DNA of 64,000 nucleotides from Candidatus Anstonellaceae archaeon (GTDB lineage Archaea; Micrarchaeota; Micrarchaeia; Anstonellales; Anstonellaceae): NCBI GenBank assembly GCA_038891035.1, contig JAWAEW010000004.1, positions 4,728 to 68,727 of the forward strand, read 5' to 3'. Shown piece by piece: positions 63,834 to 64,000 of this stretch (position 1 is its first letter; each line of letters starts with the position of its first letter). The notes under the pieces were generated by a model. It saw only the letters and a program-made list of their open reading frames with translations, ran no database searches and was not told where the DNA came from. The position numbers and the translations under genes were made by a program.

Positions 63834-64000
63834 CTATTCTATTTTTCTTCCTTTCCTGTATTCCATCACCAATGCCTCAAGGTCGATTTTTTCTGCATCC
63901 ACATTTAAAATCTGATTGCTTGCAGGTTTGTGTTCCCTCTGCTTTTCCTCTTTGCGCAGCATATTTTCAAGCTGCCTTATTCGCAAAAACGCAGCCTCCA
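63834..64000 (-). CDS. C-terminal fragment of a hypothetical charged/coiled-coil protein (gene starts beyond the window end)
   Basis: My translation is ..EAAFLRIRQLENMLRKEEKQREHKPASNQILNVDAEKIDLEALVMEYRKGRKIE-stop (TAG at 63834-63836). Not in the ORF track because it is truncated. Confidence 0.35.
   Translation of the reverse strand, partial: EAAFLRIRQLENMLRKEEKQREHKPASNQILNVDAEKIDLEALVMEYRKGRKIE

Overview
Archaeal chromosomal window. The archaeal assignment rests on TBP, aIF5B, Alba, L21e, Rpo4/RpoF, archaeal-type PEP carboxylase, type-2 MetAP, and the thiolase/HMG-CoA synthase/DUF35 trio. The 16S 3' end reads GATCACCTCC, and GGTGA/GAGGTG Shine-Dalgarno-like sites sit upstream of some genes. 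The 23S (about 1678-4606, +) and 16S (58571-60183, -) rRNA genes are unlinked, about 54 kb apart on opposite strands, each with its own flanking processing helix. The 16S carries three short insertions, one of them inside the universal 515 primer site. There are two tRNAs: tRNA-Arg(UCG), which appears to have two introns, and tRNA-Ala(UGC). Most of the window is tightly packed housekeeping genes, many joined by ATGA start/stop overlaps. Two accessory blocks stand out. (i) 4615-22911 (-) is an eight-gene, translationally coupled operon. It encodes six paralogous polytopic membrane proteins that share three signature motifs and carry variable cysteine-rich ectodomains: knottin/hevein-like C-C-CC-C-C repeats, and a roughly 680-aa insertion full of CxxCPxxC repeats. 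It also encodes a 1355-aa Cys-rich secreted protein and a 1486-aa membrane-anchored coiled-coil giant. I recognise no characterised family in any of the eight, and this is my best candidate for an undescribed envelope or cell-contact apparatus. (ii) 36062-44986 (+) is an A+T-rich block of three large, Cys-poor orphan genes (1340, 846 and 772 aa) that abuts the 3' end of tRNA-Ala. The last protein has a strongly beta-strand-patterned C-terminal half. Other oddities are a TBP whose two repeats are nearly identical at the DNA level, a PAP2 phosphatase fused to a polyprenol-kinase-like domain, and a degenerate LAGLIDADG-like ORF. The unlinked rRNAs, rRNA insertions, multi-intron tRNA and giant surface proteins fit a small-genome, DPANN-like archaeon, but that is inference only. 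All calls come from reading the sequence and ORF track by eye; no searches were run.
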